This document shows positions 1 to 14,345 of a stretch of DNA of 64,000 nt, in pieces; position 1 is the stretch's first letter; each line of letters opens with the position of its first letter. The notes beneath the pieces were generated by a model. It did no database searches, had not been told where the DNA came from, and saw only the letters and a list, made by a program, of their open reading frames with translations. The DNA is from Camelus dromedarius. Lineage: Eukaryota. Made by a program: the position numbers and the translations under genes. Location of the stretch: positions 90,336,001-90,400,000 of the forward strand of contig NC_087437.1 of NCBI RefSeq assembly GCF_036321535.1, given 5' to 3'.

Positions 1-444
1 TAATCCTTTCAGAAAAATCAACTTATAAACATTAGTTAACATTTTCACTCTATGTAATAACCAAAAAGTTTCATTCAATCTTAGTTCCTTTCACTGTTAA
101 GCTCCAAGATTCATGATGGAGGGAACCTAAATTTTGCTTGTCCCTACATGGGCCTATTATGAACCTATATGTATCAAACATATGGAAAAGTTCCAAGGAA
201 TCTGTGGTTAATGAATACATAAGCTTTCGGTTGTATGACTATGGGTATTTAATTTTTTTTTCTGATGTAATTTTCATTGTTTGTGTACTTTATAATCAGC
301 ATAGGCTACCTTTGTAATAAGGCAGGATATTATCTTTCAAACAAAGGTACTGAATATCATTAAATGTAAGTTAAAATATCTTCTATAAATTAGAACTTAG
401 AAATTGATTTTAAGGTTTTAATTATGAAATAAAATTAATGCCAG

Positions 445-612
445 GACAGCACATTAGTTGAGGGCATGCATTTCAGAGTCAGGCTGACTTGGGTTTGAAT
501 TCCCTCTAGTTCAGTAGGATGACTTACTTCTCCATGCAAATCTACTGTAAACTTGAAATGAAATAATGCCTAAAAGATTCGTCATTGTTAGTTGCTCTCA
601 AATGATAGCTGG
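445..612 (+). mobile_element. MIR SINE fragment (ancient)
   Basis: cagagtcaggctgacttgggtttgaattc...ctgtaaacttg...aataatgcctaaaag...gctctcaaatgatagct resembles the MIR core and 3' end; degraded, edges approximate. Confidence 0.55.
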
Positions 613-856
613 TTTTATTATTATAAAATGTCATATTAAAGTGAGTATTCTATAGACTCTTTATACTTAGAATTATACTCATTTTCTTGCCTACTTCTTT
701 CCAATAAAGTAAAATTACTGCAAAAACAATTATCTTTGTTGATTACATAATAAAATATTTCTCAAACTTTAAATGGAATTTAGAGCTGGGCATATTCACT
801 CAAATTTACACTGCATTTTCCACTTAATAATGCATTATTGGAGGAAAAAAAATTAC

Positions 857-931
857 CTAGTTCCCATGTAAGCTTCAAAATCTTTCCCTGGAAATCATGC
901 TTTATACTGGAATCATTCGAAACCATCCATT
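857..931 (-). other. Candidate 75-nt symmetric phase-1 exon (EWMVSNDSSIKHDFQGKILKLTWEL), host gene unknown
   Basis: Minus strand: pyrimidine-rich acceptor tttgtgtttcttattttaaag|, donor TAG|gtaatt, length 3n, open in phase 1; peptide not recognised. Confidence 0.25.
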
Positions 932-3900
932 CTTTAAAATAAGAAACACAAATGTTCATCTGAAACAAAGGTTAATCTCACAGCCTGAAATATACTGATA
1001 AAGCCTTTAGAAAATTATTTTTATCATGAAATCTCTATTTCTAAAAGGAAAACTAAGGAATGCTTCAATAGTATGAAAATCTGCTTTTGAAATAGATATT
1101 TTGAACTAGGTATTTTTCTCTTAATTGAACATTTGTGTCCAGATGATCTTGAAAGTAAATAAATCTATTTTATTTAACTTTATTTCTGTGAAATGTTAAT
1201 AAACAGAATTCTGCTCTAGAAAAATGAAGGTATAATTTAATGGCATGATTGGCATGTTTTCCAAGTATCTAATAAAATGGCATACATCAGCTTTTCTACC
1301 TCTCTATTGATGAGTGAACTCATGTCTTTTAAAAATAGTATTTAAACTTACTGTTTTTGACATAAATAAAAGAAAAAAGATATTTTGACTTGGCATTTAA
1401 AAATCTAAGCTTTTAAATTATTATTTTAAAATTTCCCTAAATCAGCACTGTATGAAGACTAATGATCCTTATATTTTCAAGAAATTATTAGTTATTTCTA
1501 ATCCATATTATACTATATAAAATTTTGATTCAATAGAAATGTGTATTTTGCTATGAACCCTCAAAAGGGTGAAATATTTCTTACTGTTCTTACAACTGTG
1601 ACTAGAACAAGTATGTTTAAATTTTTTTCTCTAGAATATAGATATTCTCATACTTCATGCTTTCTACCTTATTACAGAATAATCAAATATCTATGCTACA
1701 TACAAACTTTTAAATGTATTTTAATACTTAATTCACAGTTTAATATATAACATGTCACACCAAGTTAAATTTTCCAGAAATTACAGCACATGGTTTGTGG
1801 CGTAAGGGGTGTTTTAAATCTTTGTTTTCTAAAGATTAGCACATTCCATTTACACTGGTTTGCTAGATGCTTTACCAAATACAAAGGCAGACTCAATATA
1901 ACGGAGTAGAGCTTCACTAAGAGTTATCAAGCACTAATTGTAATTCCAGCTTTATAAATGACATTATGATCTCAGGCCTATATTTCAAACTTCTATGCCT
2001 TAAAGAACTATATCTGGGTTAACTCAATCTACTTCACAAAACTGTTGGGAAGGAAAAATGAAAGATTGCTTTTATAAAAAGATACTAGACAATTTAAGAT
2101 ACAATCTATCAGAACTTAATTTCCTTTATTTTACCATGTAGTTACATGACTACATCTCATATGCCAAAATGCCCCCAAGATAGTTGATACAAATCCACTG
2201 AGAATATTACATTCAGAGAAATATAATTACTGGTTAGTAATTTAATTCTCCTAAGAGGCAAATACTATATCACTCACTTTCCGAGAAAAATAGTAACCAA
2301 TTTTAAATGTAAACTTGACATTTTATAGATTGTTGTGAGCATTTTTTAAACGTAACTTCTTAAGTTGGTATAAACTCTTTATCTTAAAGAATAATATTCA
2401 TCACATTTATTCATTATTTGACACACAAAAGCAAAGGAATCCCTAAATATTTTTTTAGTTTTTAGTTTTACTATTAGAAGCATATGTCACTATGAAAAAA
2501 AAGTCAAAACTGTATACCCTTAAGCATACATTACATCAATATGAAAAAAACACTTATTTCCTTTTGCAAATTTATTAAGTGAAGCCTAAAGCAATATAAC
2601 GTTAGGAATAATTTTTAAAATAGCTTAGAACTTCCTTTTTAAGTGCATTTTTAAGTTCTTAAGAATTTCTTAGATCACTGAGTTAACTATTTCTCTTTTA
2701 AGATTTACGAATATATTTAGCTTTATTTAGAAAATAAATAATCTTTGTGGAAGCAATATCATCTCATGGAAGGGATGAAGTATTTTAACATCTGTCCTTT
2801 GTGATGTGTTTTGCATATATGCAAGGATAAATGTAATTCAAGAGCTCTGATTAAATGAGCTAGAAATAAATTTATGAAATTGGTACGATATCTTATTACA
2901 GTCCCCAGTTAGCAGATTTAATTAAAATAGTTTTCTTATATTCCAGGACTCTTTATCATGTAGCTATTGGCCTTTGGACTTTTAGGTATTTTCAACATTT
3001 TTCATTCCTTGTGATGTCTCATACTGATATTAAATATGTGTATTAAAATACATTTCATATTCAAAGTACTACTTCTATATAAAACATTTTTTTGAAAAAC
3101 ATGTCACATGCTCTTATCAAGTTTGAAAGCAAGTTTGTCATTTCAAAATGGAAAAAAATACTTCATGTAAAATGTACTATTCTATAAAAATAATAATGTA
3201 TAAATATCATCATGTTTAAACATGTGAAAGATAAGTCCTCAAGTAAGGGCACATCCTAATGTGTCTATTCATTTGGGGCAGATTCTCATTCTAAAAGAAA
3301 TAATAAAGCAATTGCAGAGATTTGCCTATACAAATCAAGACATGCTTGATTGCATTCTGAACAAGTCTCAGGAGATGTATGCCTACAGCATCTTCTAGCA
3401 GGAAATGGAAGAAACTTTAAATACTGGAATTCAATGAGGCCAGGCATTCCCCTGATGGACTGATGTTTGGGTATTTAGAATTTTGAAAATAAGATCTGTG
3501 TCAGACAGCTCATTGGAGGCAAAGGCTAGAGTTAGAAAAAGGCTCAAATAGGAACAAAGATTTACCCAGACATCTCTCAATATTCCCTATATCAGTTCTC
3601 TCCTTGAGGGAGAAATTATGAATTATATCTTGATATTGCCTGTAACATATTTGAAAAAGACAACACCAGGAAGTAACTAAACATTTCATGATACTTGCCG
3701 GTATCTCCCAGTTATCTTTCCTTCTTTTTTCCCCCCATCATATGCCAGCTTGCCTTCACACAGCTATCTCAAGTTTGCACATTAAAATATATCAGATAAG
3801 CAAGGAAGGCAAGGAAATCCAAAGACAAAATGAAACTTGTGTCTATTCATTTCACAGTAGCAGTTTCTTCAAAAATAATACATGCACACTTAATGGTATC

Positions 3901-6649
3901 AAGTTTTAAGTACTGAAATTGATGCCAAAGTTTGTGACAACACATAAAAATTACTTCTAAACTATTATATGAATACAGATGGCCATAAAAACAAAGTACA
4001 ATGATTAAAAGTGAAGAGAAAAATAAATAAGGATTTCTATAGTCTTTTCATTTTAATACATAGCAGTTCTCATTTTGGGGAGACAGGAATATGTGAATGT
4101 GTTCCATGTGTGTTTCTTAGATCTTAAATACACAGCTTTATGGTCTGAGAGTATAAAGTCCAGAGGGTCCATTTTACTTGCCAAATAAATTACAAAGTCT
4201 ATATCATTCAGTCTGTTCATAGCCTGACAGCCACTGACATATCAATTTATCTTTAGTATAGCTAAGAGGTACTACTCAGTGTTTATTGAAATTTTTCCTC
4301 CTTTTGCACTTCAGTTCATGTGGTTCCTGACCCCAAGATGCTTTTCATCACCTCTCCCATCTTGTTCAAAGAAGTTTTTACCAGAGTATTACGATCTATC
4401 TAAAATGCCATCTGGTAAACACCTACTTACTTAGCTATGGATCCCAAAAAATAAACTGCTTATAATACATTCAAACTACAAAGCCTTTCAAAGACTTCTA
4501 CAATCTTTTTAACACAGATTAGAGATTTGCAACTCGCAGAAATGCAATAACGTATATTGGTTTTTGTTAATGATATGATCATACTAATTACAAATTTCAT
4601 GTTATAATTGAATATGATGTGCAATAATATGACTTTGTTGCATGGAGAATGACAACTGAATTACCATTATGTATGACTATTTCAAATTTACATAGTGAGT
4701 TTGAGTCTGAGGTTACTTGAATTTTTGTTTATCAGAAAAGTAATAACTAAATTACATATTTCTTCCAAGTGACCTACATATATATGTCTATTTTCTTTAA
4801 TATATTTCTGTCTCCATTGGCATAATACATGCTATTATTTGATATTATAGTGGCACTATTTACACTTACAAATATTTTGTTGCTAAGGATGCTGCCAGTA
4901 CATGATTTACACAAGAATAAATCTTGATAACTTTCTGGAAAAAATTTTTGCTGTGCAATTTGAATATATAAGTAAAAGCTGAAATTCTAAGATTAAATCC
5001 TAAGACTCTAATATGTCACCTGTAGAGATTTACTAATTTAAAATACTATGTTAATAAATAATATATAAATCTCATCGAAATTAAGTGGTCTTCCTTTTTA
5101 TATAAACCCTAGAAACACAAACCTCAACCACGTTTTTTTTTAATATCAGGTATCTGTTAACCGACTTCCATTTGGCCTTTGAAACTTCAGAATAATGGTC
5201 TTTCTAGTTAACTCTGATGCTACCATAATCATTAAATTAACAGGTGAAATTAGAAAGAATATTTAGAAGTGTAAACCTTCACAAACACACAAAAATTTTC
5301 TGACAAATTTGTACAAATTAAAAAGTCAGTATTTACTGCATGATGATCAGAAACATTTGGTAAACACTTTCTATAAATCTCTATAATTAGGATTATTTAC
5401 ACATAGTGGAACTCCTGTTACAATATACATATTTCTTCCTATAGATGAACTTCTTTGATCATACATTCATTCTTTTCTTCCTCACAATGACAAAGATTTT
5501 GAGATCTACTAAAAGACTAAACTGTAAGACCTCACCCATACCCCACAATATAAGGAGGAACTGGCCAGTTATGGTAACTGCTAAAAGCCTAACAGGACAT
5601 ATCTGGTTCATTTAGTGAGCTCAATAAATATTTGTGCAACAAATAGTCATTGATTTAAAAAAAAAAAAAAGCTACTTAGTTTCTCTAGTTGTATTCAACA
5701 TCCTGATTTAATATAGTCTTACCTTCCTACCTGTATCAACAACATGACTCAGATACACGCTCTCATGCCCTCACTTTCAGCAGACAAATGCATCCCATCC
5801 CCAGGTTCCTGCCCTCATTTATTTGTGGTTGTTGATTAAACTGAGAATTCCTGACAGCACATTCTGTGTACTTCACCTAGGATTTAGTAGGCTGTGTGAA
5901 CCCTGAGCCCTGAAATTGTGGATGCCCTGTGCTCAGAGGGATACCATGCTTAACCAAGCTTCTTAAGTGGGAATCTCAAAGCTGGCAGCTGGCCCTGAGA
6001 AAATGGAGGACCTGAAACATCCATTTGGGATACCAAAACAGGAGGGAGCCTGTCTTGGGACCTCCTCTCAGACTTCACGTAAGCACTCAGCCAGGCATGA
6101 TGAGCTATTTGACACCTGCCCCTCCAATTTTCCCAGCTAAATCCTTGAAAACTTTTGTTCAACATTTTTTTTCCCCACACCTCTAAAGCAAATGTTTAAA
6201 ACTTGAATATACTGAAATTCATTTCAGCAAAACCGGTCAATAAGTGCTGTGATATAAAATGTTTTCTGGTTCAGCTAAAGTGATCAATATTAGAAAACAG
6301 GAGAGCATAGTTTTTTTTTTTTTATAACAGAATGGGACAAATAGAATTAATATTTCATCTATATTTTATTTAATGGAACCAGGACAAAAAATGGCTTTAC
6401 CAAGATACACATCTGTCCTGCAGCTTTACAAGCTCACTTTGCCTCTGAGACAGACTTAGTCCACAGAAAGGGGAAACTGGCTAATAATTTAGAGTTCATA
6501 TCAAAGAGATGGGATAAATTATTCAATCATTTTTATTTTACATTCAGGACAGGAGTAATATTTATTTCCTCTGTCTCCCATTAGATGTGAAACTCTTCCA
6601 ATTATTAAATTCCTTAGCTGGTTATGTAATTCCTTAGAGTTTTATTCCT

Positions 6650-7800
6650 ACATGGGAAGACTAATTATTGCATAAATGTCAATTTCTTGAGAACAAATGT
6701 GTAAGATTTGTGCAAGCTTAGACAAAATAACAATGGAGCATTTAAACTTTAAATAATGCTTTTAAATTTTATCCAAAAGAATAAAGAAAAAAAAATATCC
6801 AAGACAGATTTTGAGAAGGATAATGAATGAGATGGCTTCCATACTAGATTTTTAAACACCTCACTTTTTAAAAACCTACAAAATGGGCAACAAATAGATT
6901 AATCTTAGAGATCCTAATGTAGATGTGGATATAGATGTGTGTGTTTGTATCTGTTAATGTGCACTGTTCATGTGTGTAAGGGAAACTTGCAAAACAATGA
7001 GAAAAGCATAGTTTTTAATTTTCGTAAGAAAATTAGCTTCATTTCAAAAATCAAATTAGATTTTTACTTTGTATTCATTAGGATGAATTCTAGATGGATT
7101 AAAGAGTTAAATCAGAAAATTAAACTACAGAAATAAAACCATAAAAAGAAGTTGTGAATAAATAACTTTAAAATTGGGAAGTAACTTAAAAGCGTAAGAA
7201 TAAAGGAAAAATACACAGATTGATTTAATGGGTAACATAATAAATCATGGGAAGTACTAAAAACCCTCACTCTGGAAAAATATATTAAAATTATAGATAA
7301 TATTCCATCTCAATAATAATAAACAAAACAATATTTTGATGCCATCTTCAGCTACCACCTTTCCTTTCATATGTATGTGTATGCATATTTATACAGATAT
7401 ATATCTACTTTTATCTATTTAATCATATTAATGATTACTAAAAAACAAAGTTAAATTGCTGAAAAGAATTTCAAATTATAAAACTTTGTGAAAAGCAAAT
7501 TGTCAAAAGTATTCTAAGGGTATACATTTAGCTCCAGTAAATTCCCCTTCTAATATAACATAAGATTATAATTAGATAGTTACATAAAAATATACATTAC
7601 AAAGCTTAAATAGTATAAATTGTAAACAACATGAGAATAGTTAATAAATCATGTTCTATTGCTATGATAGGCTATGATGCAATCACTGCAAAATCATTTT
7701 TGAAGTCTATTTATATGGAAAGATGTTAGCAATTCAAATGGTTAAATGAAGAATTTATAAAACACATCCATGGTAAATTGGTTTTATGTATATACACATG
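6650..7800 (+). mobile_element. Very old L1 (L1ME/MC-type) ORF2 3' region and 3'UTR remnants
   Basis: Degenerate L1 motifs tgggaagactaattattgcataaatgtcaatttc, gaattctagatggattaaagagttaaat, aataaatcatgttctattgctatgataggctatgatgc. Confidence 0.55.
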
Positions 7801-9399
7801 TGCTATCAGTTTGAACGTAAACTATTTTGTCAGATCTTGCTCTTGGTTTCTCTCTCTCTCCATCCCACCCGCCTCCCTTTGTGCACACACACACACATCA
7901 TTCTTTGACAAATATACACACATGAACACAACCAAACACTAAAATAAAAAAAGTGTTAATCTCCAATACAGGTAATTTTTATTCCCATCTTCATAATTTT
8001 CTTCTCCAAATTGCCAATTGCAGGATACTTTTAAAATGCTCATTTTTTGAATGCAAATACATCAGAAGAAATATATGACAGAAGGTTATCTATGTAGTCA
8101 CATGTGGTGAGCTAAAAAAGAGGAATATAAAAGGGAACTTGGGGGGAGGTGGGGTATGATCACAAAACTGCACAGTCAGTAAGTGCTAAGAAACGACAGA
8201 AAAACCTACTCTAATGAACAAGATAAAGTGCTGTAAGCAAATGCAGTATAAGAGAATCAAATAGCCCCAGTCACCACTGATTCAGTCAGAAGCAGGGTAA
8301 TGGAGCAGGCAGTGGTCCACATGGAGGTTACCATAACTACAGTCTCCTAGAGGCCCACATCCTTGCACATGCATGATTCACCACTGGCCTAACACAGTCC
8401 TGTGTGTGTGCAGGCAAAGCCTCCAGTCAAGAGTAATTAAGGATATGAAAAATAGGAGTGAAAGTAGGCTAACATTAACGAGTATTACACAGACTACTAG
8501 TAAATAATACAAACTGGGTTTAACTAGACTAGGATTAAAAAGCTAAAAGGTGAATTAATAATACAGAAAGCAATCACTAGGTCTTCTGTCTTCCAGGGAA
8601 GACAGATAATAAGAAATGAAGCAAAATAATTTGAGATTTACAACATATATAAACTTGAATTGTTATATAAGAAATTTTTGTAATACTGAAGTTACTGTCA
8701 ACAGACATTTGAAATCAAATTAACTTTTTCTTAAAGCATACAATATTCTATAATCTAGAAGCTCTTTAATAGACTCATCATTCCTAATATTAATAAAATA
8801 TTGTTTCCAGTTCTCTATGACCAGCTCAAATCGATCTGCCCTGAGATATAAACCTGTAACAAGGCAGGCCAGTCTAGTTGCTGAGCTCATCCTAGGCACG
8901 TTAGAGTGCAGTATGTTCAGAAGACTGGACGATGAAAGGCAAGCGATTGTGAAATTTATGAGAGAAAAATATAGGCAGTTTCAAATGAAACTGTCTACTT
9001 TCCCAGTACTTCTTCATTAGTTTTCTAAAACCAGAAATACATACTTCCAAGGAAGAAATATGTGTGATAAAACGTTAATTTTCTAGCTTATCCTTCCCAA
9101 ACCCATTCCCCACAGGAACTACCAAAATACTGATGATAATACTAATGAGTATATCTCAAGCATCTTAATCCTTCACATGATTAAAAGAGCACAAGATGGG
9201 GCACTGAACATCCTTCAGTGACCATTAGGACCACCAACAGATTTTCCAAAAATAGTAATACTGGCGTCCCAACTACAGAGATTCTGATTTCTTTGGTTGA
9301 AAGGAGTGAATTGTTACTTTAGTGGTATGCAAAGGTAAAATCAGAGTGACTTTAGGATTTCTCAAGGTGATTCTGATGTTCAGACTTAGTCAACTTCCA

Positions 9400-9595
9400 T
9401 TGGGCTATGAACTCTAAGACCCGCTTTCTTGTAATGTGGGCAAAATTTTTTTAACCTCCCTCACACTCAGTTCTACTGCTACAAAATTGGGATTTTGGTA
9501 GACTCTGATAGAAGTATTATGTAGAATAAATAATATCACTTTTGCAAAGAAACTATTACAATGTCTAGCAAAGAAACCAAGTACTCTGTAAATAT
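9400..9595 (+). mobile_element. MIR fragment
   Basis: tgtgggcaaaattttttaacctccctcacactcagttc...aaaattggg...attatgtagaataaataa resembles the MIR core. Confidence 0.5.
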
Positions 9596-11594
9596 GTTTT
9601 TATACCACACCATACACAACTAAATAATGATACAGAACTAACCAGTGTCACAACTTATTTCTGTACTAAATCCATTTTGAGTTTTAATTACCTGCCATAG
9701 TAGCTATTTGCTCCAGTAATAGTAACAGGAAGCTCTGAGATCTTGGAGTGAGAACCTTTCTGTGCAGTTTCCCAATGACCAGCTATACTAAGGCAATGTG
9801 TTGAGAAGATTAATGCTTTTCTTTGGCAGTACAACCTGTAAGGTTATTAACATTTGAGAGAAAGTGTTTTCGTCTTCTACCCTAGGATGAAATAACACAG
9901 GGCTCCTTTCTGCAGTAACAATGATAGTGGGAGTATATAAAAGGGCAAAACTAGCTGTGAGAAGGCCAGATCAGGAAGGTACAATACAGGAGTGAAAAAA
10001 AAAATCCATAATCATCAACAAGGGAACTTTTGGAGGGAAGGATTTCAAAGCACAGGAACAAGGCCAGGGATAGAGTGATGCATGAGTAAAAGAAAAGCTC
10101 AAAATTAAATAAGGAGAGAAATTTGTACATAGTTAACTGGGCAGCCTCTATAGTGCTCCCCAAATCAGGGACAACATCAATCTGGAGTCTGAGCTGGGGC
10201 TAGGTGTATAATTTGATACCCATACTCATTCGTTCCCTGTTACATCCTTGTGTTCCAATCTATCATTGCTCTGCTCGTTGAACTTGAAGGCAAATTCCAA
10301 GATGTGAGTCTCAATAAACGCAGGGGAACCTTGCCCTTTGGTATAATTAGATGGTGTACCCATATTACATTCTAAAAATGGCCCTTGCCATCTGATTTAC
10401 TTTAACAGATTGAATTTCAGCAAATGAATTAACTTAAAATCCTAGCTGAGCAAGTTGGTAAGGGTAATGATCACACCTGTATGCTAACTATCTTATAGCT
10501 TCATAAGGAAAATATTTTCTCTTCAATGAAAAAATCTCTGGCTGTGCAAGAAATATCATCAGATACATTTAAGCGATTATTTTATTTACTAACACTCACA
10601 GTTTAAATGTCCTTTAAAAGTGCATTCTTTCTATCTGTGTAAGTGTAGTAATGCCTTTGTATACCGTTTCCCAGCAGCAGAAAGATGATATACTCCGGCC
10701 TTCCTCCTCTGACTCCCTTTATTCTTAGCAAAGGCCCCTTATGAAAAACCCGTTAGTTCTCCAGGGTCACCACTTATTATGGTAAATACAGACAAAAAGG
10801 TCCTGTCATCCTATAAAATCTTTCAGTTTCTGAAAGCTAAAATTTAATTCCCTGTGCAAATTCAAATATAACTCAAGAACAGAACAGCTTCTCTATGTAG
10901 TTGATAGGATTATGACAAAAGGGTAGAAGAATTGATTTTCAGCTGAAGTGAGAAATTAAGTTAACCTTAACCTTCACTCAGATATACACGCTGGTGTACC
11001 AGAAAAGATCATGTAGCTTCTTTCTAGTTATCAGAAAATTCAACCTACCAATATCCATTGTTAAGACACTGCAAAAATAGAGGGGGAAAGAGTTGGTGCT
11101 TGAGAAAATTGTGATTCTATGATACTGTGGATATAAGAGTTGATTTCCTATTTAACAGACTCAGACTTTAATTATAAACAACCTATGTAGAAGATGTAGA
11201 TGATTTAATCTAGGTGGACTGAATGGATGTTTTTAAAAATTAAAAGCAAGCATATTTATATGCCACTATTTATTAATTCTTTGTAAGTCCTATTTTTAAA
11301 AGTAATGTTAAAATGACACTATTTGAACTGCGGACATCTATTTTCAATATTATGGCTTACTATGTGCTCCAACTAGAGAACAACTTCACGGAACACTTTT
11401 TGAGGTTTTGCTGATCTCCCAAAGGGTCAGGGATTTCTCTGGGGATACAATCATCCTCTCTGTACCCCAGTTTCCCGCACAACTAGGGAGGAGTGGCTGA
11501 GAAATGGAGCATAAGCTTCTCAAAGAATGGATAAGGCACTCCCGAAGAAGTTTTCCGTAGTTAGCAAGGGGATGTTTTTTATTCTTGCAAGGAT

Positions 11595-12080
11595 ACTACC
11601 TTGCAAGGTATCAAGACTTCATATGAATCTATGATGATGAAAGTTTGTGGCATTCAGGAACAGGTAGCTATACTGACCAGAATAGAACCCAGAGAGAAAC
11701 ACACCCATGATTGCAACTGGACCATAAGACAGAATTTGCACTTCAGTTTCGTGGTTTCGTGGGTAAAGGGGAGCTATTCATAAATCAAGTCAAGGACAAG
11801 CGGTTACATATGTGTTAAGGACTAAATAATAGTCTAACTTTCCACATGTGCAAAGTACCAATTAAAGGGGGATTAAAGTCTCAATTGTGCAAATCAAAAT
11901 ATTAAAGAAATTTTTAGAAGAAAATATCTAACAACTGAAATGTCTTTAAAAAGTCACAACATAGTACTAACCATAAGAAAATTGTAAATTTTACTATATT
12001 GTAATTAAGAACTTATGCTTATCACAAGGAATCATGAAGAAATTGAAAAGACATGCCAAATTAAAAGAAAATATTTGTCA
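11595..12080 (+). mobile_element. Old L1M ORF2 fragment
   Basis: tatcaagacttcatatgaatct...gaccagaatagaacccagagagaaacacacccatg...ttagaagaaaatatc...ttaagaacttatgcttatcacaag resembles L1 ORF2 C-terminal DNA. Confidence 0.55.
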
Positions 12081-12324
12081 CACGATTGCTTTGTGGGAGT
12101 TCTTTTTTTTAACATTCAGGACATGAAAAATATTCAGTTGTATGTGCTATTAATAAAACTAAAACACATTGCTATATCCTTTTCAACATTTTGCATTTGT
12201 GTCCAATAATTATAATTTCTATATGCCACATGAAGTATAATGTAGTTTTCTACCAAAAAATTGCATATTTCTTTTGAAAGTTGAAAATTTCAGACTTATT
12301 TGTTTAGCCACGTTCTTCATAGCT

Positions 12325-12600
12325 CTTGAGATAAGCTGCATGCTGCCCCCTCTTCTCAAGCAGCGCTGAAGGGGGACACTGCCTGGTCACTGCTGCAGCT
12401 GTTCCTCTTTGAGCAGCCTAAGCGGCTCTGCTATCTGCCAGGCTGAGCACTGGAATTGAGAGAGGGCTCAGCTGTCCATACAGCTTAGAGAATCAACCTT
12501 CGTTGACCTCATTTTAGGCTAATGCTTTTCTGAACCTGACATGTCTGTTTACACACTGTGATATTCATTAAATGACCTGTCTAGATGGGGTTGGGTCAAT
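12325..12600. promoter_or_regulatory. Candidate enhancer/conserved non-coding element
   Basis: Locally GC-richer, apparently non-repeat segment with E-boxes CAGCTG (12396, 12469), nuclear-receptor half-sites TGACCT (12504, 12573) and GGGTCA (12593), forkhead TGTTTAC (12546), AGATAA (12329). Confidence 0.25.
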
Positions 12601-14094
12601 ATCATGCCTAACAATGAAATTGCGAGTGCTACAACATCTGATATATAAAGTTTATAACTTTAAGTGGGATCACTCATCAAGCAACAGCAACTTGGTATGA
12701 TTATATATTTCTAAATCGTTTCCAAGTTATGTAAATTAACAAACGTGCTATTCCACCACTATGTACATATTCCAACTTATACTTAGTGGTTAGTAATTAA
12801 TACTAAAAACATTACAGAGGCTTTCCATTTCTAATTTTCATAGTCAGGTCTTAATTTCCATATATATGTCATATTTATAGCTTGTAAAGGACATGAATGG
12901 AAATAGCGTAAATTGTTGAGCATAAATGAAATTCTTAATCATGTAACATCCTGAACAAATTTATAGATAGATAAATAGGTACATTCAATTGATCTACACT
13001 GGTTTCCCACATTGGCAAATGAACAAATATTTCTGAAGGTTGTAAACAATTCAAACACGGCAGAATTAAGAAAACTGTCAGCATAAAGTAAAGAAAAACT
13101 AACATGGATTAAAAAATATTAAATTAAAAAGAAATGTAATATTAGTAATTTTTATACTAATACTCATAATGTTCACACTCTACAGTTTACAAAGGGTATC
13201 TACATACTTTGATTAACCGAAAAGTTTACATCTCAATATGTATCTCTAGAGCTCTCTCATAAAAATGCCTCATTTTCTTCCTTTCAATCCTGGTCATTTT
13301 TATTATATTACTGCCTAAACAATCTGGTCACCTGTTAATGAAATCTTACTCCCTACTAATGTGGTACTTCACCTAGTTCTTATGGTTTTGTCTGCTCAAT
13401 CCATTATTTTATTCAAGCCCAACCTACTCCTTTTCAATGCCTTTAAGTCTTCCTCATCTTCAGGGTGGCTTTTAAGGAATTACATGTCAAAACACCAAAA
13501 TCTTGTGAATGTAAATTTCAAAGTGTCACATAATATATCATTCTTCAAACTCCATGAAATAATGCCTCAAAACCACTTATTTAGACTGTGTTTTTTAGGT
13601 AGATAAACCTACACAAGCTACCTATACAACTATGCACCCACAAAAGTAATATTTGGAAATTTAACAGTTCATGTCAGAATTTTATTTATTTCAAGGAATA
13701 AATACAATCATACAAAATGTGACAACATAATAATTATTTCTTTAAATCAATGATTACTTTCATTAAAATATTTAACGTTAGTTATTCTTAAAATAACTTT
13801 TAAAATTTAATTATCATGATATGTGAATAAAGAAAGTTAATAGAGTTAAAATACTTATCAAAGAGTAATTTACTTCGGTTTGTAGATTCTACTTGCTCTC
13901 ATTTGCCAGTGCAGAAAACAAAGTCCTAATTAAAAATCAAAGAAGGAATGATGATGCTTTGATGAGACATTCATCAACAAGAGTCATCACAAAAAAGTTT
14001 TAATTTATACCCTTACATAAAGCATAGAGATACTAAAATACAATTACTGTTAAAATTACAGAAAGCCAACAAGAACCTTATTGGGTTATCTGAG

Positions 14095-14345
14095 TGTTGC
14101 TTAAGAAACCATGGATGCCAAGTCTAGTTGTTAACATAGTACACGCAGCCACTGTTCTAAATGTTTACAGATATCAACTCACAGCAATCCTAGGAGGTGT
14201 GAATATTAATCTCATCTGTCAGATGAGGAAATCAAGGCACAGAGAGGTTAAAAAACTTGCCCAAAGTCATACAGCTACTGAGCAACAAAGTTGGAATTCA
14301 AACCCAGAGAATTTATCTTCATTGTCTATATTTAACCTTTTATGC
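14095..14345 (-). mobile_element. MIR SINE
   Basis: cagatgaggaaatcaaggcacagagaggttaaaaaacttgcccaaagtcatacagcta...ggaattcaaacccag matches the reverse complement of the MIR core. Confidence 0.85.
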
